Both the position numbers and the translations under genes were made by a program. Below, one piece after another: positions 1 to 7,692 of a stretch of 64,000 bases of DNA. Numbering within the stretch: position 1 is the stretch's first letter; every line of letters starts with the position of its first letter. Below the pieces are notes generated by a model. That model was not told where the DNA came from. It saw nothing but the letters and a program-made list of their open reading frames with translations, and searched no databases. The stretch covers positions 5,448 through 69,447 of the forward strand of contig JACQBR010000012.1 of NCBI GenBank assembly GCA_016194335.1, in the 5' to 3' direction. The stretch comes from Candidatus Micrarchaeota archaeon. Lineage in GTDB: Archaea > Micrarchaeota > Micrarchaeia > Norongarragalinales > UBA97.

Positions 1-284
1 ATTACTTGTGCAAAAGGCGATTGCGAAACCGCCGAATCGGGCGAGTTGTGCGGATGGCCCTGCGACGGATTCAAGGAATGCTTGTGCAAGCTTTCTGAAT
101 GCTGGCCGGATGCGTGCGTATGTCCTGAGTGGTGCGACAACGCGGAGTCCTTCGCCCTTCCCACTCCCAGGGCCAGGACTGCAAGAAGGAGGAAGAATAT
201 GATGGAGATGAAGTAATCGCCTTCCGCGGCGAAAAACCACGCGATAAGCACGAGGGCAGCCGCAATCCAGTAATTCAATTTCAT
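1..284 (-). CDS. small membrane protein, 3' end cut by the window edge (hydrophobic N-terminus, His/Ser-rich tail)
   Basis: ATG at 284 (minus) opens a frame that runs off the left edge: MKLNYWIAAALVLIAWFFAAEGDYFISIIFFLLLAVLALG... then HHSGHTHASGQHSESLHKH. It is absent from the ORF track because no stop is reached. Own translation. Confidence 0.35.
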   Translation of the reverse strand, partial: MKLNYWIAAALVLIAWFFAAEGDYFISIIFFLLLAVLALGVGRAKDSALSHHSGHTHASGQHSESLHKHSLNPSQGHPHNSPDSAVSQSPFAQV

Positions 285-324
285 CCTTGAAGTGTCACCC
301 ATCACAAGCGCAAATTTCCGGATT

Positions 325-627
325 CTAATAGCCCGCTCCCGGCGGGTACATTCCCGAAGGTCCCATTCCCGCCCCCTCGTCCCGCGTTGCGAGGATGATG
401 AAGATTGCGAAAAGCCCGCCGAGGACCACCCAGCTGGTGATGTCGGCAAGCAGGCCGAGGTAGAGCAGGATGGAAATCACCGCGCCGATGCCGCCCGCGA
501 GCATGAGGAACTTGTTTTTCGCCGTGAAAAGCGTCACGAGGACGAGGCCCGCGCCTATGACTGGGAGGTTGCTCTGGAACGCCAGCAGCGCGAGTATGAT
601 GAGGAAAAGAGAGGAAAAGTCGGCCAT
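325..627 (-). CDS. small integral membrane protein
   Basis: Internal ATG (MADFSSLFLIILALLAFQ...) leaves a 43-nt gap to the upstream gene. About 3 hydrophobic helices. Confidence 0.5.
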   Translation of the reverse strand: MADFSSLFLIILALLAFQSNLPVIGAGLVLVTLFTAKNKFLMLAGGIGAVISILLYLGLLADITSWVVLGGLFAIFIILATRDEGAGMGPSGMYPPGAGY

Positions 628-670
628 TTTTTTTACACCAGCAAGTTTTTTTCCAGGACGATTCAGCCAA

Positions 671-916
671 TTACCAGTCCCACGGCCGGAACGAGCCGAA
701 GAACGCATAGAGGAAAAGCACGAAGAAAAGCAGCCAGGCGAACCACGGGTAGGGGATGAGCAGGAGGAAGGTTATTACCGTCGTGATGAAAAGGGCGATT
801 GCCTTGGCTCCCACGATGCCGGGGTAGAACAGCCTGTAGAGCAGGACGAAATCGAGGATGAGGACGACGAGCCCCATTGCCTCGAAAAACTCCAGCACGG
901 GCAGGGCAGGCAGCAT
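671..916 (-). CDS. small integral membrane protein (FFE-motif paralog family)
   Basis: 81 aa and almost entirely hydrophobic. The N-terminal LPVLEFFEAMG motif is shared with 1944..2246 and 2274..2777. Confidence 0.55.
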   Translation of the reverse strand: MLPALPVLEFFEAMGLVVLILDFVLLYRLFYPGIVGAKAIALFITTVITFLLLIPYPWFAWLLFFVLFLYAFFGSFRPWDW

Positions 917-1094
917 GCTAATCGAGCTTACTTAAGGCCGCGGCGGCTTAAAAGAGTGACTCCCGCAAGGAGGGCGTTTTCTCTTGGCGGTGCGCGGCAA
1001 GCCTTTAAATAGTTGTAACTACTTATTAGTAGTAAGCAAATTGGTTAGTTGTAAGCGAATCGAATAGTAGTGAATAAATCGGAAGGATTTCACA

Positions 1095-1412
1095 ATGGCC
1101 AGCACTGCGGATATCTGGAACAGCTTTGGCGAGGACGGGTGGGTTTTCTTCCTCTTCATCTCGGCGGCGCTCGCCGTCTACCTCGGGCTCATCCCCAGCT
1201 ACGGTTCGGGCCTCCTAATCCAAACCTTGGGCAATATCGTGAGTATTCCACTCCAACTTGCGGAAATGGCGCTCGGGGCCAACCTCCTTTTGGGAATAGC
1301 CGTCGTAATACTGGCGCTGCTCTTCCTCCTCAACGGGGTGGGCGGCTATTTCGGGTTCGGCTTCCTCATAGCCTGCTTTTTCGGCTATTGGGTACTCACC
1401 ATAGGCGCTTAG
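1095..1412 (+). CDS. small integral membrane protein
   Basis: 105 aa with 3 predicted helices. An AT-rich tract with tttaaata lies about 90 nt upstream. Confidence 0.55.
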   Translation: MASTADIWNSFGEDGWVFFLFISAALAVYLGLIPSYGSGLLIQTLGNIVSIPLQLAEMALGANLLLGIAVVILALLFLLNGVGGYFGFGFLIACFFGYWVLTIGA

Positions 1413-1507
1413 AAGGGGAAAAGGACTGTTCCTGAACCCCCGCTCAGCAGAACAGTAATTGGCCTTTTCGCAAGGCTTTCCTGTTGTGCTCTAATTCCTT
1501 CTTTTGG

Positions 1508-1921
1508 CTATCTCGATCTCCGCCTGGCTTTCCTCGCCTTCAGGGCAGCGGCGTGCCGCCTCTGCAACTCGGCGCTTATCTTCCCCATCGCCTCCCTCTC
1601 CGCGTGCTTGAGATGGCGGTAGAGGCCGATGATGAATTCCCCCTCGTACATCGCCGCTGCCGCCACTATCCCCAAGACGGTGCCCACGGCCATCCAATAG
1701 GCTATTTTCGCCTGCACGAAATCCAAGTCGAGGAATTGCGCCGGGTCGGCGGCAAACTGCGCCAGCAGCTTGCGCGAGATGAACTCGTTGAGCGAGAGCA
1801 GCACGCCCACGAGCGCGACGCTGAGAAAGAGCCTCCACCCCGCGCTGCGCCATCCCGCCCTTGCGAAATGCGCGCGCCGATAAATCGTCCAAAAGCCCTT
1901 CAGTTCACGCCTCACGCCCAT
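1508..1921 (-). CDS. membrane protein with basic C-terminal tail
   Basis: 137 aa with two hydrophobic helices and a K/R-rich C-terminus. Confidence 0.5.
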   Translation of the reverse strand: MGVRRELKGFWTIYRRAHFARAGWRSAGWRLFLSVALVGVLLSLNEFISRKLLAQFAADPAQFLDLDFVQAKIAYWMAVGTVLGIVAAAAMYEGEFIIGLYRHLKHAEREAMGKISAELQRRHAAALKARKARRRSR

Positions 1922-1943
1922 AGTTCAACACTCTCCAGCAATT

Positions 1944-2246
1944 TCATTTCTTGCGCAGCATCCAGTAGAAGCCGGGAATCATGCCAAGCACGTAGAGGAT
2001 CCCTCCCGTGACGACAATCCACCCGAAGATGCCCAGCGCGCCGATGAACGGATGCTCGATGACGAGAAAGTAGATGAGCAGCCCCGCCACCACCATGGTG
2101 AGGATGGGAGAAAAACCCACTTTCTCCCTCGTCCAGTTGTAAAGCCAGTACGCCATGTAGAGAAGGACGAGCCACCAGAGGAGCTGGCCGAAAAAGCCTA
2201 TGTCGTCAAAAAAGCCCAGCGTGACAAGCGGAATGTGCAAAACCAT
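1944..2246 (-). CDS. small integral membrane protein (FFD/E-motif paralog family)
   Basis: 100 aa. IPLVTLGFFDDIGFFG...YWLY...IEHPFI aligns with PIALVSFFEDALGAVG...FWLY...FHSPVI of the next gene. Confidence 0.6.
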   Translation of the reverse strand: MVLHIPLVTLGFFDDIGFFGQLLWWLVLLYMAYWLYNWTREKVGFSPILTMVVAGLLIYFLVIEHPFIGALGIFGWIVVTGGILYVLGMIPGFYWMLRKK

Positions 2247-2273
2247 TGAATCAACCGTTGATTATTTCGTCCT

Positions 2274-2777
2274 CTAACGCATCCTTCTCATTCCCACCTG
2301 GGAGGAATACGCAGACGCAAACTGCTGCATCTGCGCCTCCGCCATCTGCTGGCGCGCCTGGTACTGCGCCATGAACTGGCGGTCCTCCTCGCCCAGCTGC
2401 GCTCCCTTCTGCATCTGCATCTGCAGGCGCTGGGCGCGCTCGCCCTCCATGTGCGCCTCGTGGTCGATGTTCTCGCCCATGCTTCCCTTGCCCATCAACG
2501 GAAAGAGGCCGAACATCAGCGTCTGCTGTATGAACATTCCGCTCGTCATCAGCAGCACGACGATGGCGAGGGTGAGGATGACGGGGGAGTGGAAGATGAT
2601 GAAATACGCAGCAATGAGGGAGACGAACCCGAGAATCATCTGGTTGTCCTGGAAGGTCATGTAAAGCCAGAAGAGGATGTAAACGAGGGCCATCAGCTTG
2701 ATTGCAAAGCCGATCTCCCCCACGGCGCCCAAGGCGTCCTCGAAAAACGAGACGAGGGCGATGGGGGGAAGGAGCAT
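2274..2777 (-). CDS. membrane protein (FFE-motif family) with Q/M-rich C-terminal tail
   Basis: Start chosen at ATG 2777 (MLLPPIALVSFFEDALG), with ttttaaac about 50 nt upstream on the gene strand. The track ORF extends to 2900. Confidence 0.55.
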   Translation of the reverse strand: MLLPPIALVSFFEDALGAVGEIGFAIKLMALVYILFWLYMTFQDNQMILGFVSLIAAYFIIFHSPVILTLAIVVLLMTSGMFIQQTLMFGLFPLMGKGSMGENIDHEAHMEGERAQRLQMQMQKGAQLGEEDRQFMAQYQARQQMAEAQMQQFASAYSSQVGMRRMR

Positions 2778-2957
2778 GAGGCAAACCCGAGGGGCGATTT
2801 TGTTGCAACCATTACTCAAACTTTGTTTAAAACTCCTTGCAAAACGCGCGAACCGCATACCCCCGCGATTTATTTTCATCAGCACTACCGGCAATCTCAC
2901 CCTGCCAGCGCGAGGCTGCTTGCATGCCTCGGCCCCAAAGCGGGCGGCGAAGGCAAC

Positions 2958-3470
2958 TCACCTCACCAGGGCGAGGCGCGCGAGGTAGACGATGCAAAGC
3001 AGTAGAAGCCCCAGGCCGAAGTGGCGCGCGCTTGCGGAAAAGCCGCGGGAAAGCGCGGTGGGATCGCCACGGTAGTCTTCGAAAGACGCCTTGCTCAATT
3101 CGCTTGCAGCGAGGAAGGCGAAAATCTGGGGGAAGAAAAAGAGGTAGTCGAAAGGATGGACTGCAAACGCGGCGAACGAGGCGTATTTCGCGCCTTCCAG
3201 CACGCCAGCCGCCACCGAGCCCAGCCCGAAAAACAACAGCCCGGCGACGAAGGTGAAGGCATAGGCGGTAACCACGCTGGCAATGTCCGCCACGAAAGGC
3301 CCGCTGGGCCCCGTTGCGAAAAGCTGGTAGTGGTAGAACGGCGAGAACACGGGCAGCACCACGCCCACCGCCGGAAGCGCGACGTAAGCCGCGATGGTGG
3401 CGAAGAAACACGCCACGCCAAGGTAGAACGACCAGCCAGCCACGGAAATCCCCCAACTTCTCTTGTCCAT
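2958..3470 (-). CDS. polytopic membrane protein
   Basis: Start chosen at ATG 3470 (MDKRSWGISVAGWSFYLGV...), with cttatttatcc about 25 nt upstream. The track ORF extends to 3581. Confidence 0.55.
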   Translation of the reverse strand: MDKRSWGISVAGWSFYLGVACFFATIAAYVALPAVGVVLPVFSPFYHYQLFATGPSGPFVADIASVVTAYAFTFVAGLLFFGLGSVAAGVLEGAKYASFAAFAVHPFDYLFFFPQIFAFLAASELSKASFEDYRGDPTALSRGFSASARHFGLGLLLLCIVYLARLALVR

Positions 3471-3611
3471 CTGAAGCGCTCGAAGGGATAAATAAGTATG
3501 CGAAGGTGGGCAAATGCGCTGAAAAAGGCGAATGGGGGAAGGGGGGAACGGTCCACGGGCTCCGTGATGAAACCCAGCCAAACAAACATGAATATATAAC
3601 TATACAAAGGG

Positions 3612-3623
3612 ATAGATATCTAT
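3612..3623. promoter_or_regulatory. perfect 12-bp palindrome atagatatctat, candidate operator/TATA for the vapBC pair
   Basis: Read directly. It sits just upstream of the antitoxin start codons (3628/3649) in an AT-rich divergent intergenic region. Confidence 0.35.
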
Positions 3624-3627
3624 ATAG

Positions 3628-3897
3628 GTGATGGGAATGGGTAACGTTATGGTGTCCTTGGATGAAAGGCACGAGTTGCTCCTAAGGACGATGGCGCGGG
3701 AAGTGAACGGCGGGAAGAAAGGCTCGTTAAGCAAGGTGATCGAGGCGGGCATTGATGAGCTTGCGAAAAGGGGGAAGCGCATAAGGGCGGCAAAAAGCCA
3801 GATTGCCATGATGAAAAAGGGCTTCAACTTGGGCCTTGGGGACAGGAAGATTTACGAAACGAGGGGCGAGCTTTACGACCGGCCGCATTCTCATTGA
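3628..3897 (+). CDS. type II antitoxin (ribbon-helix-helix/VapB-like)
   Basis: Small ORF overlapping the PIN gene. The N-terminal beta-strand-like MVSLDERHELLLRTMAREV suggests the true start may be ATG 3649. Confidence 0.6.
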   Translation: MMGMGNVMVSLDERHELLLRTMAREVNGGKKGSLSKVIEAGIDELAKRGKRIRAAKSQIAMMKKGFNLGLGDRKIYETRGELYDRPHSH

Positions 3898-4297
3898 CAC
3901 AAACGTGCTTGCATACGCATACGAAAACACCAGCCCCAAGCACGCGGCGGCGGCAAATGCCCTGGAAAAGGCGATTGAGGAAGGGACGGGCGTGCTTAGC
4001 GTGCAGAACCTCGCGGAGTTCTGCAGCTTCGCAACCGAAAAACTCCAGCTTAGAATTCCCCACGACCAAGTCAGGACGATAGTGCTTGAGCTTTCCGAAA
4101 GCATGGAAGTGGCGACTTACGACTCCCGGACGGTTGCCAGCGCGCTAAGCCTCTCAAGCATCCACAAAATCCATTTCTTCGACGCGCTGTTGGCGGCGAC
4201 GATGGAGAAGGAAGGCATCAGCGAGATAATGACGGAAAACGAGAGGGACTTCCGCAAAATCCCGTGGCTCACCGTAACCAACCCGTTCAAAAAATAG
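3836..4297 (+). CDS. vapC: PIN-domain ribonuclease toxin VapC
   Basis: ILIDTNVL near the N-terminus, FFDALLAATM and TENERDF acidic motifs. TTG start overlaps the antitoxin. Confidence 0.8.
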   Translation: MGTGRFTKRGASFTTGRILIDTNVLAYAYENTSPKHAAAANALEKAIEEGTGVLSVQNLAEFCSFATEKLQLRIPHDQVRTIVLELSESMEVATYDSRTVASALSLSSIHKIHFFDALLAATMEKEGISEIMTENERDFRKIPWLTVTNPFKK

Positions 4298-4322
4298 GCC
4301 TGCAGGCCCTCCCGAGGCGGAT

Positions 4323-4637
4323 TCAGATATTATAGTACTGCAAGTGCGGCACGCCGCCTATTTTTTTCGCGTCGGAGAGCTTGACCGAAATCACCTTGCC
4401 CGCCGCGGCAATGGCCTTCCCTCCCACGAGGTTGACGCTGTCCACGCCCTCAAGCATTTCCCCCAGCCTCTTTGCGCTCACGCGCTCGCCCTTGTAGAAC
4501 GGCGCGTAAGCCTTGAGGTCAAGCACCAGCCCCCCGCTTGAATAGGCCTTGCCAAGCAGTTCGGAATCGCACGCGGCGACTACCGTCCGGGTGACGCCCT
4601 GCAGCGTGCGCGTGTGGACCTTGGCGACAATGGGCAT
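4323..4637 (-). CDS. DUF424 family protein (conserved archaeal)
   Basis: VAACDSELLGK...YKGE...NLVGGKAIAAA...GGVPH pattern typical of DUF424. From memory. Confidence 0.75.
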   Translation of the reverse strand: MPIVAKVHTRTLQGVTRTVVAACDSELLGKAYSSGGLVLDLKAYAPFYKGERVSAKRLGEMLEGVDSVNLVGGKAIAAAGKVISVKLSDAKKIGGVPHLQYYNI

Positions 4638-4760
4638 GAAACTCCAAGAGCTTAGGGAGGGCGATTATTTAAACGGAATGCGGGCAGGACACCCCCCGGC
4701 AAAGCTCTGCCCAACGATGTTATTAAAAGCCGCGGCGGCAATATTTGGGTTGATTAGATA

Positions 4761-6983
4761 ATGGCACCTTATCAGAGCAGGAGAAAAATCGAATTGATTC
4801 CCGGAATCAATCCGAAAGATCTGGGAAACTATGCCGATGCTTACAACCGCGCAGGATTCTTTAAGCGCCGCCAAGTTAATGATCTTATTCGAAACGCCTC
4901 GGCGCACGGCTCAACCCCCGCGGAAATGGCTAAGGCGCTAGGTAAAGCAGGGCCTAAAGCGATTGCCCCAATTAATATAATCGGCTCTGATGCCGTGACA
5001 GCTTACGCCAAACTGGGGGAAAGAGCACTCAAACTCGTGCATGCAACGGGGGACAACTACAATGCCGCAGCTTTGGCAAAATATGGCGAGCGCGCTGCGC
5101 GCCCGATGGAAATGGCGAGCAACAACGGCAAGAACAAGGAGGCAGTGGAGAATGCGGCTGTAGTCATTCTCAACCACGACGTGAAGGGAATCAAGGCCTT
5201 GGAATCCCACCACGATTCGCTCAAACTCATTCTGCAGCACGGAGGGGCGCACGAGCCCGACATCGTGGAAATCCTCTCGAGCATGGGCAGGCCGGGCTTT
5301 ATGGCCTTGCGCAATCACGGCGTGGAGGCAATCGACCCGCTTTTGAGGCTTCGCACGCCAGCGGCGGAAGTTCTTTCAAAAACCGGCGGGCACCGCCTCG
5401 ACGCCATCAGGCAGGGGGGGATGCAGGCAATCAATTTCGGGAACGAGTTGGGCGAAGACGCGTTCCACATTGTAGCCGACCACGGCAGGGGCGTTATCAA
5501 CCTCATCAAGAGGCTCAAGCCCGATGCGCAGGCGGACGCGGTGAAGGCGGCGCACTCCCACGGGGAGGACTTTCTTGCGCTTCTCAACAGGCACATCCGC
5601 TCGGGGTATGGCGAGCACGTTGCAAAGGCAGTGGCAAGCGACGGGCAGGCTGCCATCAACCACATCACTTCATTTGGCAGGGAGGCGGCAAAGGCAATTG
5701 CCGAAAACCCCCAGCGCGGCAGGGAGCTTCTGGACTTGTACGGCGAGGACGCGGCCCTTCCGATGGACAGGTTCGGCCCCGACGCCGGGGAATTCATTTT
5801 TGAAAAAGGGAGGCCCGCGGGAACGGTGCTCCGCCACGTGATGGCATTCGAGCCTGACGAGAGGATGGCTAGAAGAACCGCGGCTGACGTGATCAAACGC
5901 GTGCGCGGCGCACGCGGCGACGAGATTCTCCACCTTCTCAACACGCCAACCGCGCAGGAAAGCAAGGCCGTGCTCGATGCGATTCGCACTCACAAGGACA
6001 AGGCAATAGACTTCATGCTCGACCAGGGAACTTCAGCCGCCGCCGTGCTGCTCCACCCGCGCGCGAGGGAAATGATCCCGCTGATGAGGGAGCATTCCAA
6101 CGCGGCTGATGCGTTCAGCCGGTTCACGCATGACAACGGCCTGCTCAGCGACGCCTTGGACATTGCGAAAAAATTCGGCTCGCGGAGCCTTGAAGTCTTG
6201 GCCAACCACGAGGTTCACGGCCTCAACGCGATTAAGAACCACGGGATGGACGCGCTGGGCTTGATTGAGCGTTTTCATAATATTGCACTCCCTTACGGCC
6301 GTGCCGTTGCCCAAACGATTTCCGAACGCGGCCAAGAGGGAATCGACTTCATCAACGCGCACGGCGAAGGGGGCGTGAGGCTGCTCTCAATGCACGGCTT
6401 TGAGCGGGCAAAGGAATTGATTGAAGAGCAGAGGCGGCAGGAAGAGGAGAGAAGACGGCAGGAGGAAGAGAGGCGGAGGCAGGCGGAAGATAGAAGGCGC
6501 TCTGCGGAGGAAGGCGCGAGGGAACGGGCTGAGCGAAGGCAACGCGCCGCGGAGGAAGATAAGAGAAGAAGGCAGGCGCGGCGCGGATACGCCGAAGAGC
6601 AAGAACAGGAGAGGTATACTCCAGACAATTTCAGAGGCCCCGTCAATGCTACCGAGCGGAAGATTCACGAGCAGTGGCTGGAGAACGCAGACCAACTTCG
6701 CCAGTTGGGCCTTCACATCATGCTTGGCCGCAGCGAGGCCGGCCCACGAAACGCAGTAACCACAATTGCCGACGGCATCTACTTCACCAAGATACACTCG
6801 CCCGAAGAGCTCAAGTTCCTTAGGACAGCCGTGAGAAAGGCGATGGTAGTATACCACCCCGACAGGCTTGAAAATGCCGAAAGGTTTGGGCCCGACGGGA
6901 AAAAGGAGGGGCAGAAACTCGCTACATACGTCTTCAAGAGGTTGAACGAGGTTTTCACCCGCCTAAAGAACGAGGGTTACTGA
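4761..6983 (+). CDS. repeat protein with charged coiled coil and C-terminal J-domain (HPD motif)
   Basis: C-terminus LRTAVRKAMVVYHPDRLEN...ATYVFKRLNEVFTRL fits J-domain helix II, HPD and helix III. It is preceded by EEQRRQEEERRRQEEERRRQAEDRRR and by many HG-x2-A-(I/L/F)-x2-(L/I) repeats. Confidence 0.7.
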   Translation: MAPYQSRRKIELIPGINPKDLGNYADAYNRAGFFKRRQVNDLIRNASAHGSTPAEMAKALGKAGPKAIAPINIIGSDAVTAYAKLGERALKLVHATGDNYNAAALAKYGERAARPMEMASNNGKNKEAVENAAVVILNHDVKGIKALESHHDSLKLILQHGGAHEPDIVEILSSMGRPGFMALRNHGVEAIDPLLRLRTPAAEVLSKTGGHRLDAIRQGGMQAINFGNELGEDAFHIVADHGRGVINLIKRLKPDAQADAVKAAHSHGEDFLALLNRHIRSGYGEHVAKAVASDGQAAINHITSFGREAAKAIAENPQRGRELLDLYGEDAALPMDRFGPDAGEFIFEKGRPAGTVLRHVMAFEPDERMARRTAADVIKRVRGARGDEILHLLNTPTAQESKAVLDAIRTHKDKAIDFMLDQGTSAAAVLLHPRAREMIPLMREHSNAADAFSRFTHDNGLLSDALDIAKKFGSRSLEVLANHEVHGLNAIKNHGMDALGLIERFHNIALPYGRAVAQTISERGQEGIDFINAHGEGGVRLLSMHGFERAKELIEEQRRQEEERRRQEEERRRQAEDRRRSAEEGARERAERRQRAAEEDKRRRQARRGYAEEQEQERYTPDNFRGPVNATERKIHEQWLENADQLRQLGLHIMLGRSEAGPRNAVTTIADGIYFTKIHSPEELKFLRTAVRKAMVVYHPDRLENAERFGPDGKKEGQKLATYVFKRLNEVFTRLKNEGY

Positions 6984-7047
6984 CGATAATTGCCAACAGG
7001 TTTTGAGCCACGATGGCAGCAGGGGGATGGTGCCATCAACTATTTTT

Positions 7048-7671
7048 TCAGCACTTCACCGACTGCATAATAAGGTTGGCCAGCGGCAGGTCGGGAAGCA
7101 GCGCTTCGGGAACGGCTTCCGTAACTGCAATGGAATACTCCCTCCCGTCGGGCGTTTTGCACCCGTTGATGAACGCCTGCCTTCCGTAGAAAGGCCCGAG
7201 GCCCTCGATGTTTGGCGTGTGCTGGTAGAGGAGGAAAGCCTGCTTGCCGCCTATCGCAGTTTCCTGCTGGAGTTCAATCTCGTCCTTGCCGTAGGAAGAG
7301 GCGATTTGGGCAAAGTCATCCGCACTCACGCTTTGGGGCAGCGTGCGGATTTCGTAAGACTCGACTAGGTCACCAACGCCGCCGCGGATGACGATTGCCG
7401 TGCTGTCGTTGTAAGTGTACAAGTCGCGCTCGATGGAATAACCAGCGGGATAGGCGGCGGTAAAGCCGTAGTCGGAGTCCTTGTAATGAAGAAGCGTCGC
7501 TCCTCCGGTGGAGTTGAACTGCTCGGCGTTCTTCATAGCCTGGTTCTTGCCGAAAGTCATCTCCCGATATGACGGAGAATTGGCGGCATAGACGAACACC
7601 GCCGCCAATGCCGCAACCAGAACCAGCCCGATTATCGCGGGCGTTGACGATTTGCCTTTCTTGACTTCCAT
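7048..7671 (-). CDS. N-terminally anchored extracytoplasmic protein, likely co-transcribed with the giant gene
   Basis: MEVKKGKSSTPAIIGLVLVAALAAVFVYAA anchor. It starts 22 nt downstream of the giant ORF stop on the same strand. Confidence 0.6.
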   Translation of the reverse strand: MEVKKGKSSTPAIIGLVLVAALAAVFVYAANSPSYREMTFGKNQAMKNAEQFNSTGGATLLHYKDSDYGFTAAYPAGYSIERDLYTYNDSTAIVIRGGVGDLVESYEIRTLPQSVSADDFAQIASSYGKDEIELQQETAIGGKQAFLLYQHTPNIEGLGPFYGRQAFINGCKTPDGREYSIAVTEAVPEALLPDLPLANLIMQSVKC

Positions 7672-7692
7672 TTCAGTTCACTCTTTGAAAAT

